Positions 60,835 to 64,000 of a stretch of 64,000 nt of DNA are shown here, piece after piece. The notes under the pieces were generated by a model that saw only the letters and a program-made list of their open reading frames with translations, had not been told where the DNA came from and did no database searches. Position 1 is the first letter of the stretch, and each line of letters begins with the position of its first letter. The translations under genes were made by a program, and so were the position numbers. Source of the DNA: Squalus acanthias (taxonomy: Eukaryota); contig JASTWF010000365.1 in the NCBI GenBank assembly GCA_030390025.1, positions 62,001 through 126,000 of the forward strand. Direction: 5' to 3'.

Positions 60835-62397
60835 GATAGAAAGGAAAAGGAGGTGGGGTAGCTCTGTTAATAAATGATGAGATCAGTGCAGTAGTGACAA
60901 ATGATACTGGTTCAGAAGAGCAAGATGTAGAATCAGTTTGGGTGGAGATAAGAACTAATAAGGGAAAGAAGTCCCTGGTGGGTGTAGTCTATCGGCCCCC
61001 TAACAGTAGCTTCACTGTTGGACAGAGTATAAATCAAGAAATAATGGAGGCTTGTAAGAAAGGTACAGCAATAATCATGGGCGATTTTAATCTTCATATT
61101 GATTGGACAAATCAAATTGGCCTAGGTAGCCTCGAGGAAGAGTTGAGGATGTAACGAGCAGGGTGGATAAAGGGGAACTAGTGGATGTCGTGTATTTGGA
61201 TTTCCAGAAGGCATTCGATAAGGTGCCACATAAAAGGTTACTGCAGAAGATAAGACCTCACGGAGTTGGGGGTAATATATTAGCATGGATAGAGGATTGG
61301 CTAACTAACAGAAAACAGAGAGTTGGGATAAATGGGTCATTTTCCGGTTGGCAAACGGTAACTAGTGGGGTGCCACAGGGATCAGTGCTGGGGCCTCAAC
61401 TATTTACAATCTATATTAATGACTTGGATGAAGGGACTGAGTGTAATGTAGCCAAATGTGCTAATAATACAAAGAAAGGTGGGAAAGCAAGTTGTGAAGA
61501 GGACACAAAGAATCTGCAAAGGGACATAGACAGGCTAAGTGAGTGGGCAAACATTTGGCAGATGGAGTATAATGTGGAAAAGTGCGAGGTTATACACTTT
61601 GGTAAGAAAAATAAAAAAGCAAATTATTATTTAAATGGAGAAAGATTACAAAATGCTACAGTTCAGAGGGACTTGGGGGTCCTTGTGCATGAAACACAAA
61701 AAGTTAGCATGCAGGTACAGCAAGTAATCAGGAAGGCAAATGGAATGTTGGCCTTTATTTCAAGGGGGTTGGAGTATAAAAGCAGGGAAGTCTTGCTACA
61801 ACTGTACAGGGTATTGGTGAGACCATACCTGGAGTACTGCATACAGTTTTGGCCTCCTTATTTAAGGAGGGATATACTTGCATTGGAGGCAGTTCAGAGA
61901 CGATTCACTAGGTTGATTCCTGAGATGAGGGGTTTGACTTATGAAGAAAGGTTGAGCAGGTTGGGCCTATACTCATTGGAGTTTAGAAGAATGAGAGGTG
62001 ATCTTATTGAAACATATAAGATACTGAGTGGGCTCGACAAGGTAGATGCAGAGAAGATGTTTCCCCTCATGGGGGAATCTAGAACTAGGGGGCATAGTTT
62101 CAGAATAAGGGGTCGTCCATTTAAAACTGAGATGAGGAGGAATTTCTTCTCTCAGAGGGTCGTGAATCTTTGGAATTCTCTTCCCCAGAGAGCTGTGGAG
62201 GCGGAGTCATTGAATATATTTAAGGTGGAGATAGACAGATTTTTGAACGATAAGGGAGTGAAGGGTTATGGGGAGCGGGCAGGGAAGTGGAGTTGAGGCC
62301 AAGATCAGATCAGCCATGATCTCATTAAATGGCGGAGCAGGCTCGAGGGGCCAAATGGCCAACTCCTGCTCCTATTTCTTATGTTCTTATGTTCTTA
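60835..62397 (+). mobile_element. Internally deleted CR1 LINE, inverted copy 3
   Basis: Same EN/RT junction; the 377-aa RT ORF is open but the catalytic FADD is changed to CANN. Confidence 0.95.
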
Positions 62398-62796
62398 TCA
62401 CACTCCTGACTTGTACCTTGTAGATGGTGGAAAGGCTTTGGGGAGTCAGGAGGTGAGACACTCGCCGTAGAATAACAATTAAGCACTAATTAATTGTCAT
62501 CGGAATGGAATGGAGAGTATTGATGATTGACCTAAGCCACCTTGATAAGGACACAAGGAAATAGGAGAGTCTGGATTTGGATCTGCGGGGGAACTACCTG
62601 TATTCTGTTTGAGATTTGTGGTTCATCCTATTTTGAGATGAACAGGAAGAATGTTGGCTCCTTCGAAATCCACATTTCTGGTCAAGTGTTGTTCTTGTTG
62701 TTCCTCTGTGAAGAATGATTCCACCCTTGTTGATTATTTCCAGCCGGTTTGCCAATAAGTTGTTGAATTTAAATCTCGTTTTGGATTTTGCAATGT

Positions 62797-63147
62797 ACAG
62801 AGAGAGAGAGAGAGACAGATACAGAATAGGGAGAGAGAGATAAAGAATAGAGAGAGAGAGATACAGAATAGAAAGAGAGATAGAGAGAGAGAGAGATACA
62901 GAATAGAGAGAGAGATAGACAGAGAGAGAGATACAGAATAGAGAGAGAGATAGATAGGGAGAGAAATACAGAATAGAAAGAGAGATAGATAGAGAGAGAG
63001 ATACAGAATAGAAAGAGAGAGAGATACAGAATAGAGAGAGAGAGAGATACAGAATAGAGAGAGAGAGAGATACAGAATAGAGAGAGAGAGATGCAGAATA
63101 GAGAGAGAGAGATGCAGAATAGAGAGAGAATGATACAGATACAGAAA
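62797..63147. repeat. GA-rich microsatellite
   Basis: Inverted paralogue of 12088-12342. Confidence 0.93.
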
Positions 63148-63242
63148 GTTAGAGACACATGAGAAGGGTTTCAGGAGAGTGGAAGTAAAGTGGTTTAGGA
63201 GAGTGGGAGGAGGTTTTGGGGTTCATGAGAAGGGATGAAGTG

Positions 63243-64000
63243 GCCCCGTCTCCCTGTTCAGGGGGGATGTTAAACCGAGGCCCCGTCTCCCTGTTCAGGG
63301 GGGATGTTAATCCGAGGCCCGTCTCCCTGTTCCGGGGGGATGTTAAACCGATGCCCCGTCTCCCTGTTCCGGGGGGATGTCAAACCGAGGCCCCGTCTCT
63401 CTGTTCAGGGGATGTTAAACCGAGGCCCCGTCTCCCTGTTCAGGGGATGTTAAACCAAGGCCCCGTCTCCCTGTTCAGGGGATGTTAAACCGAGGGCCCG
63501 TCTCCCTGTTCCGGGGGGATGTCAAACCGAGGCCCCGTCTCTCTGTTCAGGGTGGATGTTAAACCGAGGCCCCGTCTCCCTGTTCAGGGGATGTTAAACC
63601 GAGGGCCCGTCTCCCTGTTCAGGGGAATGTTAAACCGAGGTCCCGTCTCCCTGTTCAGGGGGGATGTTAAACCGAGGGCCCGTCTCCCTGTTCAGGGGGG
63701 ATGTTAAACTGAGTCCCCGTCTCCTTGTTCAGGGGGGATGTTAAACCGAGGCCTGTCTCCCTGTTCAGGGGGGATGTTAAACCGAGGCCCCGTCTCCCTG
63801 TTCAGGGGGGATGTTAAACCGAGGTCCCTTCTCCCTGTTCAGGGAGGATGGTAAACCGAGACCCCGTCTCCCTGTTCAGGGGGGATATTAAACCGAGGCC
63901 CCGTCTCCCTGTTCAGGGGGGATGTTAAGCCGAGGTCCCGTCTCCCTGTTCAGGGGAGATGGTAAACCTAGACCCCGTCTCCCTGTTCAGGGGATGTTAA
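63243..64000. repeat. Minisatellite C array, inverted, runs off the right edge
   Basis: Unit GGATGTTAAACCGAGGCCCCGTCTCCCTGTTCAGGGG. Confidence 0.92.

Noticed and set aside
61163..62296. 377-aa RT ORF as an active or domesticated gene
   Set aside because: Catalytic Asp-Asp is lost, the element is internally deleted, and the paralogues carry a stop.
62744..62766. Alternative terminal exon AGLPISC* after tgattatttccag (also minus strand 12395-12373)
   Set aside because: Weaker acceptor, lies beyond the better terminal exon and polyA signal, and has no AATAAA downstream.

Overview
Eukaryotic, repeat-dominated genomic DNA. It is most likely from a cartilaginous fish (inference from CR1/HER1-type LINEs with (AAGAACAT)n tails, an L2 3' end and Deu-SINE-like pieces). 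Most bases are minisatellite or microsatellite arrays and retroelement fragments, so nearly all long ORFs in the track are repeat artefacts. The architecture is nested: a ~3 kb [A array-unique island U-B array] duplication, a ~27 kb direct tandem duplication (<=1-20215 / 20216-~47250), a ~5.07 kb tandem cassette duplication (~48.7-52.2 / 53.8-57.2 kb), and an inverted paralogous copy (~38.3-46.9 kb vs ~56.3-64 kb). Small exons with compatible splice phases sit between the repeats and appear to form the 3' end of a type I membrane protein gene. They comprise a Ser/Thr/Pro stalk exon (two copies, + strand), a transmembrane exon with a Gly zipper and an intramembrane Arg (two copies, - strand), and a 7-codon terminal exon with a polyA signal (three copies). 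The + strand paralogue has lost the TM exon. Other notable signals are a 23-bp-spacer RSS-like motif in every U island, a 34-bp minisatellite built of CTCF-like motifs in convergent arrays, and a hairpin-rich Harbinger-type MITE. No 5' exons were found, so the gene family and whether any copy is functional cannot be settled from this window.
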